A stretch of DNA of 64,000 nt from an uncultured Prevotellaceae bacterium (GTDB lineage: Bacteria; Bacteroidota; Bacteroidia; Bacteroidales; Bacteroidaceae). Location: the NCBI GenBank assembly GCA_902783165.1, contig CACZPU010000008.1:3487-67486 (forward strand), written 5' to 3'. The notes below the pieces were generated by a model. It saw nothing but the letters and a program-made list of their open reading frames with translations, was not told the origin of the DNA and did not search any database. A program made the position numbers and the translations under genes. Of this stretch, positions 20,458 to 29,514 are shown one piece after another (within the stretch, counting starts at the first letter, position 1; each line of letters starts with the position of its first letter).

Positions 20458-20889
20458 TTATATGTTAAACATGTCTTTTAATTGTTCTTCAACATCGTTT
20501 TCATCAATTGTGATTTCTGAGATGTTTCTTTGCAATTCTTGCATCACAATTTGTCTGTCTGTACATTTCTTTCCGTAAATAAAAGCCACGCATTCGTTTT
20601 GTTGTTGATGCCAGATGAGTGCACCGCCGCCAACCAGAAATAATAGTAATGATGCTGCGATGGCAATCCATTTGTGCCGTTTGCTGTTTGTTTTTTTCTT
20701 TTCTGACACATATTCGTGTTTTAGGGAAATACCCTCTAACCCTATAAAAAGTGGTCGTAACGACAGTAAATCCTCTGGCACATCATGATTTTTATAAACG
20801 TTGAACAGTAATTGTTCCTCTTCGAGGGTCGTTTCTCCTTCGAGGAAACGTTCTGTCAGTGTACGTATTTTCAAATGGTTATTCATCAT
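20458..20889 (-). CDS. Putative anti-sigma factor (single TM)
   Basis: N-terminal ERFLEGETTLEEE and a central TM helix WIAIAASLLLFLVGG. Directly downstream of the ECF sigma. Confidence 0.65.
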   Translation of the reverse strand: MMNNHLKIRTLTERFLEGETTLEEEQLLFNVYKNHDVPEDLLSLRPLFIGLEGISLKHEYVSEKKKTNSKRHKWIAIAASLLLFLVGGGALIWHQQQNECVAFIYGKKCTDRQIVMQELQRNISEITIDENDVEEQLKDMFNI

Positions 20890-20907
20890 TATCTGATAAT
20901 TTGTATT

Positions 20908-21381
20908 TTACTTTTTTTGGTTTGAAAGTACTTTCTGGGCAATGGCTTTACGAGCACGACTCAAGGTTTTTCTAACCGCCACTTCTGTGGAGCCAGTCAG
21001 TTCCGCAATATCTTTCATTTCCATACCTTCCATATGTCGCAATCGTATGATGGTTTGCTGCATAAAAGGTAGAGTTTTCAATATGTTCATTGTACGTTCC
21101 AGCAATTCTTCGTCGACAGGTTCTTCTATGATGTCATGGGGCAATTCCCCATGTATAATGGTCTTTCTGTTTCTGATTTTGTCGACACAAAAGTTTCGCG
21201 TGAGCACCATGGCCAAACCATCCGGCTTTTTTTTCAGCTGATCTGATATCTGCCAAAGATGAAGTAGCACATCCTGCACTGTGTCTTCTGCTTCCTCAGC
21301 ATCACCAAGATATCTTATTGCAGTTTGTAGCAGCCTCGGTCTTAACCTGATTGATACTTCTTTAAACTCTTTTGGTGTCAT
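20908..21381 (-). CDS. ECF-type RNA polymerase sigma-70 factor
   Basis: Region 2 (AEDTVQDVLLHLW, NFCVDKIR) and region 4 (EIAELTG, VRKTLSRARK). Start set at MTPKEF; 21399 is an alternative. Confidence 0.9.
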   Translation of the reverse strand: MTPKEFKEVSIRLRPRLLQTAIRYLGDAEEAEDTVQDVLLHLWQISDQLKKKPDGLAMVLTRNFCVDKIRNRKTIIHGELPHDIIEEPVDEELLERTMNILKTLPFMQQTIIRLRHMEGMEMKDIAELTGSTEVAVRKTLSRARKAIAQKVLSNQKK

Positions 21382-21462
21382 TTTTGTTAACCATTTCACT
21401 TTATAATACGAGAATTAATACGTTTTGTGACACTAAGGTTATGATTTTTTCAAAATAATGTG

Positions 21463-21470
21463 TACTTTTG
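21463..21470 (+). promoter_or_regulatory. Bacteroidota -7 promoter box of the Fur-family gene
   Basis: TACTTTTG, 8 nt before the ATG at 21479. Confidence 0.6.
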
Positions 21471-21478
21471 TAGAAAAT

Positions 21479-21916
21479 ATGGCAAAAGTTATGGATGAAT
21501 TGAAATGTACGGAGTTGCTTGACCAACATCATATCAAGCCCACTGCCAATCGTATATTGGTGGTTAAATCGTTGGCCGTGGCTAACCGCCCCATGTCGCT
21601 TAGCGAACTTGAAAACAAGATTCTTACTATTGACAAGTCTGGCATCTTCCGCGCCCTCACGTTGTTCAAGGAACACCATTTGGTGCATGTAATAGAGGAC
21701 GGAGGCGACGGCGTTCGCTATGAATTGTGCATGAGCAGACACATAGACGAAGACGACGATATGCATGTCCACTTCTATTGCGAGCAATGCCACAAGACAT
21801 TCTGCATGGAAGGCATTGCCATACCCCATGTGGATTTGCCAGCTGGCTATCGGATGCATACAGCCAACTTTGTGATAAAGGGGAAATGCCCGGCATGTGG
21901 TGGGCGCGCCGATTGA
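21479..21916 (+). CDS. Fur-family transcriptional regulator
   Basis: HHIKPTANR, IFRALTLF, HVHFYCEQC and C-terminal CPAC zinc motifs. Confidence 0.88.
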   Translation: MAKVMDELKCTELLDQHHIKPTANRILVVKSLAVANRPMSLSELENKILTIDKSGIFRALTLFKEHHLVHVIEDGGDGVRYELCMSRHIDEDDDMHVHFYCEQCHKTFCMEGIAIPHVDLPAGYRMHTANFVIKGKCPACGGRAD

Positions 21917-22055
21917 GGCTTTCTTTTTTCAGTGTCTGTCGGTAATTTGCCTTGTTTTCATGGTGGTAATCATCGCCAGAAACAATGAAAAGTGAAAAAA
22001 ATTAAAGACAACAACAATTATCAACTGCTAATAATAGATTATCAATTTAAATGAT

Positions 22056-22063
22056 TACCTTTG
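22056..22063 (+). promoter_or_regulatory. Bacteroidota -7 promoter box
   Basis: TACCTTTG, about 90 nt upstream of the CoA-transferase ATG. Confidence 0.65.
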
Positions 22064-22151
22064 CACACGAAATTCTGGCCAATCTCTGAAAGCAGACAGC
22101 AATCAGGATTTCGGTATCTTTCAGACTCTTAACAACTATTTAATATCAATA

Positions 22152-23657
22152 ATGGCTTACACACGTTTGACCGCTGCTGAAGCTGCAGCGCTTATTAAAA
22201 ACAATGAGAATCTTGCTCTTAGCGGATTTACACCTGCTGGTGTGGCTAAGGCTGTAACAAAAGAACTTGCAAAGATTGCCGTGAAAGAGCATGAAGCAGG
22301 ACGTGAGTTCAAGGTGGGAGTATTTACTGGAGCATCTACCGGACAGAGTACCGATGGAGATTTGGCTAATGCACAGGCTCTGAAGTATCGCGCTCCGTAT
22401 ACCACGAATCCCGATTTCCGCAAGCATGTTAATCAGGGAGAAATTCCTTACAATGACCTTCATCTGAGCCACATGGCACAGGAATTGCGCTATGGATTCT
22501 ATGGTGAAGTTGACTGGGCAATCCTTGAAGTGTGCGATATTGAGGAGACACCAACAGAGTATCGTGCCTACCTGACAGCTGCTGGTGGTATTTCTCCTAC
22601 TGCAGCCCGTTTGGCCAAAAAGGTTATTCTTGAGTTGAACGCTTTCCACAATCCCAATGCCAAGTTTATTCATGATGTTTATGAGCCACTTGACCCTCCT
22701 TACCGCAAGGCTATTCCAATTGAGCATGTAGGCGACCGAATTGGTGTTCCTTATGTGTCTATACCCAAAGAGAAACTGGTGGGTGTGGTTGAATGCAACA
22801 TTCCTGATGAGGCTCGTGCTTTCACCGACAGCAACCCCGTTACAGACAAGATAGGATACCTCACAGCTGAGTTCCTTGTGGAGGAGATGCACAAAGGTCG
22901 TATTCCAAAGGAATTCCTGCCATTGCAGAGTGGAGTGGGCTCTACAGCCAACGCCATCCTCGGTGCACTGGGTGAGGACAAGCATGTGCCCGATTTCAAT
23001 ATCTATACCGAAGTAATCCAGAACTCTGTCATCGGCATGATGCTCAGTGGTCGTGTGAAGGATGCTTCAGCCTGCTCATTGACCGTTAGCAACGAGTGCC
23101 TGATGCAGGTTTACGACAATATGGACTATTTCAAGAACCACCTCACTCTGCGCCAGAGTGAAATCAGCAACAATGCTGAAATCATTCGTCGTCTTGGTGT
23201 TATCGCCATCAATACAGCTATCGAGTGCGACATTTACGGAAATGCCAATTCCACTCACATTAGTGGTGTGAAGATGATGAACGGTATCGGTGGTTCAGGC
23301 GACTTCGAGCGCAATGCTTATCTCAGCATCTTCACTTGCCCATCAACAGCAAAGGGAGGCGTAATCAGTTCAATAGTTCCTTTCGTGAGCCATCAGGATC
23401 ATTCAGAGCACGATGTGAACATCATTGTAACAGAACAAGGTGTTGCCGACTTGCGTGGCAAGAGTCCAGCACAACGCGCACAGCATATCATCGAGCAGTG
23501 CGTACATCCCGACTACAAGCAGCTGCTTTGGGATTACTTGAAGATTGCCAAGGGTGGACATACTCGTCACAACCTGACAGCCGCCTTCGCTATGCACGAC
23601 TCACTGGCTCGCAAGGGTGACATGCGTCTGACAGATTTCGCTGAATATGTGAAGTAA
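22152..23657 (+). CDS. Succinate CoA-transferase / acetyl-CoA hydrolase family
   Basis: SGFTPAG, TGAST, PLQSGVG, MMNGIGGSGDF and IVTEQGVADLRG motifs. Confidence 0.92.
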   Translation: MAYTRLTAAEAAALIKNNENLALSGFTPAGVAKAVTKELAKIAVKEHEAGREFKVGVFTGASTGQSTDGDLANAQALKYRAPYTTNPDFRKHVNQGEIPYNDLHLSHMAQELRYGFYGEVDWAILEVCDIEETPTEYRAYLTAAGGISPTAARLAKKVILELNAFHNPNAKFIHDVYEPLDPPYRKAIPIEHVGDRIGVPYVSIPKEKLVGVVECNIPDEARAFTDSNPVTDKIGYLTAEFLVEEMHKGRIPKEFLPLQSGVGSTANAILGALGEDKHVPDFNIYTEVIQNSVIGMMLSGRVKDASACSLTVSNECLMQVYDNMDYFKNHLTLRQSEISNNAEIIRRLGVIAINTAIECDIYGNANSTHISGVKMMNGIGGSGDFERNAYLSIFTCPSTAKGGVISSIVPFVSHQDHSEHDVNIIVTEQGVADLRGKSPAQRAQHIIEQCVHPDYKQLLWDYLKIAKGGHTRHNLTAAFAMHDSLARKGDMRLTDFAEYVK

Positions 23658-23678
23658 TTTATACTTTCCAATAAACCC

Positions 23679-23713
23679 AAACAGCCCATTTGCAGAACGC
23701 AAATGGGCTGTTT
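23679..23713 (+). terminator. Rho-independent terminator
   Basis: Perfect 15-bp stem AAACAGCCCATTTGC / GCAAATGGGCTGTTT with a 5-nt loop. Confidence 0.8.
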
Positions 23714-23862
23714 AAGTTTATGGTGCAGACAGTGAGAGGTTTATATGGAAACTCGGCTTTCTTATTCGTAAAATGGTTTATCTTTTCGTCGTGATGTTTT
23801 TGATATTCATTTAGGTTACTTTCCCAAGAGAAATGCGTCCTTTTGGAAATAATGTACCTATT

Positions 23863-24837
23863 ATGAAAAAACTACTGTTATGTCTTTGCGCAACACTCAT
23901 GATAATAGGTTGTGCTAAAACAAAAGATGTGTATATGTTTACATCTCACCGTGAGCCAGCTCTCGACGGTTTGCATTTTCTCTATAGTTATGACGGTTTG
24001 CATTGGGACAGTCTTCCCGGTTCGTGGCTTCGCCCTGAGATAGGCAACAAAGAATTGTACCAAAATTATCTTACCAACCGCGTGGACACACCGAAATTCT
24101 ATCCGCAATCCATGATGCGCGATCCATCGATACTTCAAGGCCCCGATGGAACTTTCCATTTGGTGTGGACATTGAGCTGGAACGGAGAACAGGCCTTCGG
24201 TTACGCCTCTTCCAAAGATTTGATTCATTGGAGTGAACAGCGAAAGATAGATGTGATGAAAGATTCCACAACCAATAATGTGTGGGCGCCTGAGCTGTTT
24301 TACGATGAGGACCAACAATTGTATTACATTATATGGTCCTCCGCTATACCGAGAGAACGTTATACAGATGCAGACAAACTAGGAACCAATGGTTGTCATC
24401 GAGCCTATTATACGACAACCAAAGATTTTAAAACATTTGCACCTACACGTCCTTACTATGATCCGGGATTCAATTCCATTGACGGATTCTTGCTGAAACG
24501 TGGCAAGAAAGACTATGTTCTGATTATCAAAGACAATCGCAAACCTGGCTATAGCGACTTGTTTTGTGCCTTTGGAGAATCCCCCGAGGGGCCGTTTAGC
24601 AATCCTTCGGTGAAATTTGCGCCCACTTATTCGGAAGGGCCATGTGCCGTGAAGCTGGGCGATGAGTGGATTATCTATTTCGACGTTTATCGCCAGGGGC
24701 GCTATGGAGCTGTGAGCACTCGCGACTTCAAGACATTCACACCTGCCGACGACCGTATTTCCATTCCTGCAGGACACAAGCACGGAACAGTGTTTAAAGT
24801 CAAGGAAAGTGTGTTGAAGAAGATGCTAAACAAATAG
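23863..24837 (+). CDS. GH43-like five-bladed beta-propeller glycosidase, lipoprotein
   Basis: Lipobox IIGC with MRDPSI, SKDLIHW, WAPE, SIDG and SEGP motifs. Start set at MKKLL. Confidence 0.78.
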   Translation: MKKLLLCLCATLMIIGCAKTKDVYMFTSHREPALDGLHFLYSYDGLHWDSLPGSWLRPEIGNKELYQNYLTNRVDTPKFYPQSMMRDPSILQGPDGTFHLVWTLSWNGEQAFGYASSKDLIHWSEQRKIDVMKDSTTNNVWAPELFYDEDQQLYYIIWSSAIPRERYTDADKLGTNGCHRAYYTTTKDFKTFAPTRPYYDPGFNSIDGFLLKRGKKDYVLIIKDNRKPGYSDLFCAFGESPEGPFSNPSVKFAPTYSEGPCAVKLGDEWIIYFDVYRQGRYGAVSTRDFKTFTPADDRISIPAGHKHGTVFKVKESVLKKMLNK

Positions 24838-24853
24838 CAGATAGATTTCAAGA

Positions 24854-24916
24854 AACCAATTCGCACGAGTTTTCATCAAAGTATTATATTTATGTGAAAA
24901 CTCGTGCGAATTGGTT
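24854..24916. repeat. Perfect 22-bp inverted repeat with 19-bp AT-rich spacer (terminator or REP/MITE-like)
   Basis: AACCAATTCGCACGAGTTTTCA (24854-24875) is the exact reverse complement of 24895-24916. It lies between convergent genes. Confidence 0.8.
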
Positions 24917-24957
24917 ATAATGATAACAGCCAGCCATATCGTGGTGGCAGATAATGA

Positions 24958-25599
24958 TTACAAGTCGAACTTATAGCCAAGTGTAATCATGATGTTGCTG
25001 TTCTTGATGCCTTTCAAAGCCAAGGTGGTGATAGTGTTATCTTTTTTGTATACATCAGAAAGACCAATGTTATAACGAGCATCTATCACAAAGTTTTGAT
25101 ATTCGTATGAAACACCTACAGGAATTGAAAAATCAATACTTGAAGTTTGGTCAGTAACATCAGCAACCTTAATGTTATCTTTGAGGAAAGATGTCTCTAT
25201 GTCAATATCAGAACTCATGTTAACACCTATTTGTAAACCAGCTTTCAGGGCAAGTCCCTGTGTAACATACACATTAGCAAGAATGGGAAAGTTAAGATAA
25301 TCAACTTTAGCTGCTACCTTTCCTAATTTAACTCCCCAAGGATTAACATTCAATTTTGCTCCCTGCATAGAGTAGAGGAATCCTGCAGAGATGCCGAGGA
25401 ACGGTGTAGTCTGGTATTCAGCCTCGACACCCACGGCAAGACCAGCACGCATACTTGTACTCAACTCACTTCCAGAGAAATTAGAAAGATTCAGTCCGAT
25501 GGTTGGCTTGAGGGCAAACGAGCCCGTGGCGTGCTGAGCACTTGCTGTAAGTGTAACCATCATCACCACAGCTGTAAAGAGTAATTTTTTCATATTCAT
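24958..25599 (-). CDS. Porin-family / OmpA-like outer-membrane beta-barrel
   Basis: Signal peptide ending ASA-Q, YSMQGAK, DYLNFPILA, DARYNIGLS and terminal GYKFDL. AT-rich coding. Confidence 0.8.
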   Translation of the reverse strand: MNMKKLLFTAVVMMVTLTASAQHATGSFALKPTIGLNLSNFSGSELSTSMRAGLAVGVEAEYQTTPFLGISAGFLYSMQGAKLNVNPWGVKLGKVAAKVDYLNFPILANVYVTQGLALKAGLQIGVNMSSDIDIETSFLKDNIKVADVTDQTSSIDFSIPVGVSYEYQNFVIDARYNIGLSDVYKKDNTITTLALKGIKNSNIMITLGYKFDL

Positions 25600-25667
25600 T
25601 CTTTTTTAATGGAACAAAAATCGTAATAAAATATGTCAATAACACAAAAATCTTTTTGTATCAATTG

Positions 25668-25716
25668 CAAAAGTACAAAAAAAGTTTGGAATATATGATT
25701 TTTTTTGCTATTTTTG
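25668..25716. promoter_or_regulatory. Back-to-back divergent -7 promoter boxes
   Basis: TACTTTTG on minus (25668-25675) and TATTTTTG on plus (25709-25716). Confidence 0.6.
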
Positions 25717-25806
25717 CTGCATAGAAAATCAAACTGATATTTTCTGGAACCACTTTTTTCTTTTTGTTTTTATACTAATCTTAGACAATCAAATAATCTT
25801 CCAACT

Positions 25807-27180
25807 ATGTCTCAAGACAATCACAAACTCAATCGCAGACAGTTTCTCAAGATGGTGGGAATGGGTTCTGCTTCAGCGATGGCCATGATGGCAATGAAAC
25901 CATTTAAAGTGTTGGCTCATCCAAGTAAGATTAAATATTCGTCGTCTTCAATACAACAAGGCATTGCCGGTAGCATGACCTATCGTGAAAACCACCATAC
26001 TGGCGATAAAGTTTCGTTGTTGGGTTATGGCATGATGCGACTGCCCCAGAAAGATGGTCAAATCAATCAGGAATTGGTGAACCAGGAAGTCGACTATGCC
26101 ATTGAACATGGTGTAAACTATTTTGACACTGCTCCACGCTATTGTGGCGGTCGTTCTGAAACGGCTACGGGCATTGCCTTGAGCAGACATCCGCGTGACA
26201 AATATCTCATTGCCACAAAAATGTCGAACCAAAGCAGGAACATGTGGCCGTTGGAGGAATCAAAGAAAATGTATTACCAGTCGTTCAAGTCCCTTCAAGT
26301 AGACTATATTGATTATTATCTTATGCACAGTGTTGGCGGGAGTGGCATGAAAGATTTCCGTCCGCGCTTTCTTGACAATGGTCTGCTCGATTTCCTCTTG
26401 GAGGAACGCAAGGCTGGTCGTATTCGCAATTTGGGCTTCTCTTATCATGGCAATGTGGAGGTTTTCGATTGGTTGCTTGATCATCAAGACCAATATCATT
26501 GGGATTTTTGTCAGATAGAGCTTAACTATGTGGATTGGCGTCATGCCTCTACTGGCCGAAAAAGAGATGCAGATGCCGAGTATTTATATAATAAATGTGA
26601 GAAGGCGGGCGTGCAGTGTGTCATCATGGAACCGCTGCTCGGTGGACGTCTCACTCGTCTTCCTGAGGAATTCGCTCGTCAGCTGAAGTCATTGCGTCCC
26701 GATGACAGCCAGGCAGCATGGTCGTTCCGTTGGATTGGCACCTTACCCAATGTGCTAACGGCATTGAGCGGAATGACTCTGATGGAGCATCTGGTTGACA
26801 ATGTGAAGACATTCTCACCGCTTGAGCCTTGCGATGAGAAGGAAAAGGCACTCCTTGCCCGTATTGCCGATGATATGCAGGGCTATCCAACCATCCCGTG
26901 TACTGCTTGTGAATATTGCATGCCGTGTCCTTATGGTGTGGATATTCCCGGTAATTTCGCCTATTACAATGAGGCAGTGAACAAAAAACTGTTGCCTTTG
27001 CCCGACAAAGACTCATCCGACTATCGCAGCCGGCATAATGAATATGTCAAGGGTTTCAAGAAGGCGATAGCCGAACTCAAGCGTGCCGACAAGTGTATGG
27101 ATTGCGAAGAATGCCTCGCAAAGTGTCCACAGCAGATTCGTATTCCCAATCAGATGGCTCGTTTGGTGGAATTGCTTTAA
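25807..27180 (+). CDS. Aldo/keto reductase with C-terminal 4Fe-4S dicluster and Tat signal
   Basis: NRRQFLK leader, AKR tetrad context (FDTA..Y, ATK, LMH), and CTACEYCMPCP and CMDCEECLAKCP. Confidence 0.85.
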   Translation: MSQDNHKLNRRQFLKMVGMGSASAMAMMAMKPFKVLAHPSKIKYSSSSIQQGIAGSMTYRENHHTGDKVSLLGYGMMRLPQKDGQINQELVNQEVDYAIEHGVNYFDTAPRYCGGRSETATGIALSRHPRDKYLIATKMSNQSRNMWPLEESKKMYYQSFKSLQVDYIDYYLMHSVGGSGMKDFRPRFLDNGLLDFLLEERKAGRIRNLGFSYHGNVEVFDWLLDHQDQYHWDFCQIELNYVDWRHASTGRKRDADAEYLYNKCEKAGVQCVIMEPLLGGRLTRLPEEFARQLKSLRPDDSQAAWSFRWIGTLPNVLTALSGMTLMEHLVDNVKTFSPLEPCDEKEKALLARIADDMQGYPTIPCTACEYCMPCPYGVDIPGNFAYYNEAVNKKLLPLPDKDSSDYRSRHNEYVKGFKKAIAELKRADKCMDCEECLAKCPQQIRIPNQMARLVELL

Positions 27181-27253
27181 TCTTTTTCTGAAGAAATGAT
27201 TTGGAATAAAAAATAAATGCTATCTTTGCAAAGGTTTTAATGCAATGGTATTT

Positions 27254-28090
27254 ATGAAAATCATTATCGGAATAGATGTTGGTATCAGTACAACAAAGAT
27301 AGTAGGGTTGTGTAACGGTGAGGTGGTTTCACCCATCCGCATAAAGGCTACCGACCCTATTACTTCTCTTTATGGAGCTTTTGGCAAGTATCTGCATGAC
27401 AACAAAATCAGTCTTGAAGATATCGAGCAGGTGATGCTTACAGGCGTGGGAAGTGCCTATGTCAACGAGTCGCTTTTCGGATTGCCCATTCAGAAAGCAG
27501 AGGAGTTTATTGCCGATGGGCTTGGTGCCCGCTACGAATCGAAGCAGGACCGTATGATTGTGGTGAGCATGGGTACAGGAACTTCTTTTGTGAAGTACGA
27601 CAATGAAAACATTCAGCACATCGGAGGTATAGGTATTGGTGGCGGTACATTGCAGGGATTGTCGAGGTTGTTGCTTAATACCGACGACATCAGGCATGTA
27701 GCTGCACTTGCCGAACATGGAGATATATCGCATGTGAACTTGCAGATAGGCGACATTAGTGCCGTTCCCCTGCCAGGGCTTCCACTCGATGCCACAGCCT
27801 CTATCTTTGGCAATGTGCAGAGCAATGCTTCACAGGAGGATATTGCAGCAGGAATAATCTGCACCGTTGTGCAGACGATAGGTTCTGCCACTATCCTTTC
27901 TTCTCTTGGCACAGGCATTAAGGATTTCGTAATGATTGGCAATCTCACATTGTTACCACAATGCAAGACCATCTTCCCCATGATGGAGAAGCTCTATGGT
28001 GTTCATTTCATCATCCCCACCTATTCACAATTCTGTACTGCCATAGGTGCGGCATTGTGTTATAAGCAGAACATAAAACTTTCAGAATAG
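27254..28090 (+). CDS. Type II pantothenate kinase
   Basis: GIDVGISTTK, LTGVGS, EFIADGLG, SMGTGTS, GIGGGT and GDIS motifs. The -7 box TATCTTTG is at 27221-27228. Confidence 0.85.
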   Translation: MKIIIGIDVGISTTKIVGLCNGEVVSPIRIKATDPITSLYGAFGKYLHDNKISLEDIEQVMLTGVGSAYVNESLFGLPIQKAEEFIADGLGARYESKQDRMIVVSMGTGTSFVKYDNENIQHIGGIGIGGGTLQGLSRLLLNTDDIRHVAALAEHGDISHVNLQIGDISAVPLPGLPLDATASIFGNVQSNASQEDIAAGIICTVVQTIGSATILSSLGTGIKDFVMIGNLTLLPQCKTIFPMMEKLYGVHFIIPTYSQFCTAIGAALCYKQNIKLSE

Positions 28091-28093
28091 TTG

Positions 28094-29512
28094 CTATTCC
28101 AAGGTTAAACGAACCACATAAGCAGCATCGGAGGGCAGACGCGAGCCATGAGGAATGGTCAGTGTCAGCCCTTCGTTGCTTTGGCTGACATGGCATTTGA
28201 AGTTGCGTTTCACACTCAGTAGCGTGGCATCTGTCACCTTTCCTTTCAGATTGCTGTCTTTCAGGGCGGTGAGCAATTGTGGCTTGTCGGTTCCCGGCCA
28301 GTCGAGGAAGATGGCATAAAGCACATTTCCCTTGCGTGTGTAGCATACCCGGTTTCCTGAAGACGTCGTCTCGTGCGAAACCACATAAGGCCTTGTTCCA
28401 TATATACTCTCTCCATACGACCATAGCCAGACACCCACATTCTCTATAATATCTTTTTGTTCTTGGGGGAATGTGCCGTCGGCCATTGGTGACAGGTTGA
28501 GAAGCAGTTGGCCGTTGTTGCTCACAACTTCTATAAGCTTTTGTATGATGTCTCGGTGGCTGCGGTATTGCATACCACGCACATATCCCCACGAAGAGTG
28601 GTAGCCTGTGCTGATGGTATAGTCGCAGAGCCATGGTGTGGGATCTATTTGGTCGGGATTGCTCATCTCATGATCCAACATTCCTATTGAGCGCGGGAAT
28701 TCCTTGAACTTATAGGTGAAGATAACCTCTTGGCCTGTTTGCTGGGCATGGTTGAAGTAATGAGCCAGAAATTCCAGCTTTTTCTGTTCTGGGATGGAAT
28801 CCATCCACGCATCAAAATAGATGATGTCGGGACTGTATTTGCTGACAACCTCCTTCGATTTGTTCAGCCACATGTCGTACCATTCGGCTCGAGGCATCAG
28901 ACAACCGTACATCTTGGCATATTTAGGATTATTGGCAGCCCATTCTGGCTTAACTTTTACGTAATAGTAATTATTCTCATGATGTAAGGAAAGGAAGAAT
29001 TTCATGTTGTGCTGCTTGATGGAGCGCGACAGTTCTCCAACGATGTCACGCTTCGGTCCCATCTTCTTGGCATTGAAAGGGGTGTATTTGGAATCCCACA
29101 TCGAGAAACCGTCATGATGCTCACCAACCAGTCCGGCAAAGCGAGCGCCGCTGCTGCGGAACAGTTCTGCCCATTCGTCGGCATTGAACTTCTCAGCCTT
29201 GAACATCGGAATGAAGTCGTGATAACCGAATTGCGACAATGGACCATAAATTTGCTCATGGCGCTGGCGGGCATTCATCAGTCCTACACCTTCATCGTGC
29301 ATATAATGGAAATACTGTTCGTTGCCATAGGCAGGCACAGAATAAACGCCCCAGTGGCAATAGATGCCGAATTTGGCATCGCGTATCCAATCGGGTACGG
29401 CAACATGGCGTTCAAGTGACTGCCATGAAGGTTCAAATCTCTCTTGTGCCTGTGTGTGAAGACACAAGGTTATCAGTCCAATCAAAAGGAAATAAGTCTT
29501 TTTTGTTTTCAT
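28094..29512 (-). CDS. Alpha-L-fucosidase, GH29
   Basis: DAKFGIYCHWG, EHHDGFSMWDS, YFDAW and LNLSP motifs, with a signal peptide. Confidence 0.9.
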   Translation of the reverse strand: MKTKKTYFLLIGLITLCLHTQAQERFEPSWQSLERHVAVPDWIRDAKFGIYCHWGVYSVPAYGNEQYFHYMHDEGVGLMNARQRHEQIYGPLSQFGYHDFIPMFKAEKFNADEWAELFRSSGARFAGLVGEHHDGFSMWDSKYTPFNAKKMGPKRDIVGELSRSIKQHNMKFFLSLHHENNYYYVKVKPEWAANNPKYAKMYGCLMPRAEWYDMWLNKSKEVVSKYSPDIIYFDAWMDSIPEQKKLEFLAHYFNHAQQTGQEVIFTYKFKEFPRSIGMLDHEMSNPDQIDPTPWLCDYTISTGYHSSWGYVRGMQYRSHRDIIQKLIEVVSNNGQLLLNLSPMADGTFPQEQKDIIENVGVWLWSYGESIYGTRPYVVSHETTSSGNRVCYTRKGNVLYAIFLDWPGTDKPQLLTALKDSNLKGKVTDATLLSVKRNFKCHVSQSNEGLTLTIPHGSRLPSDAAYVVRLTLE

Positions 29513-29514
29513 GT

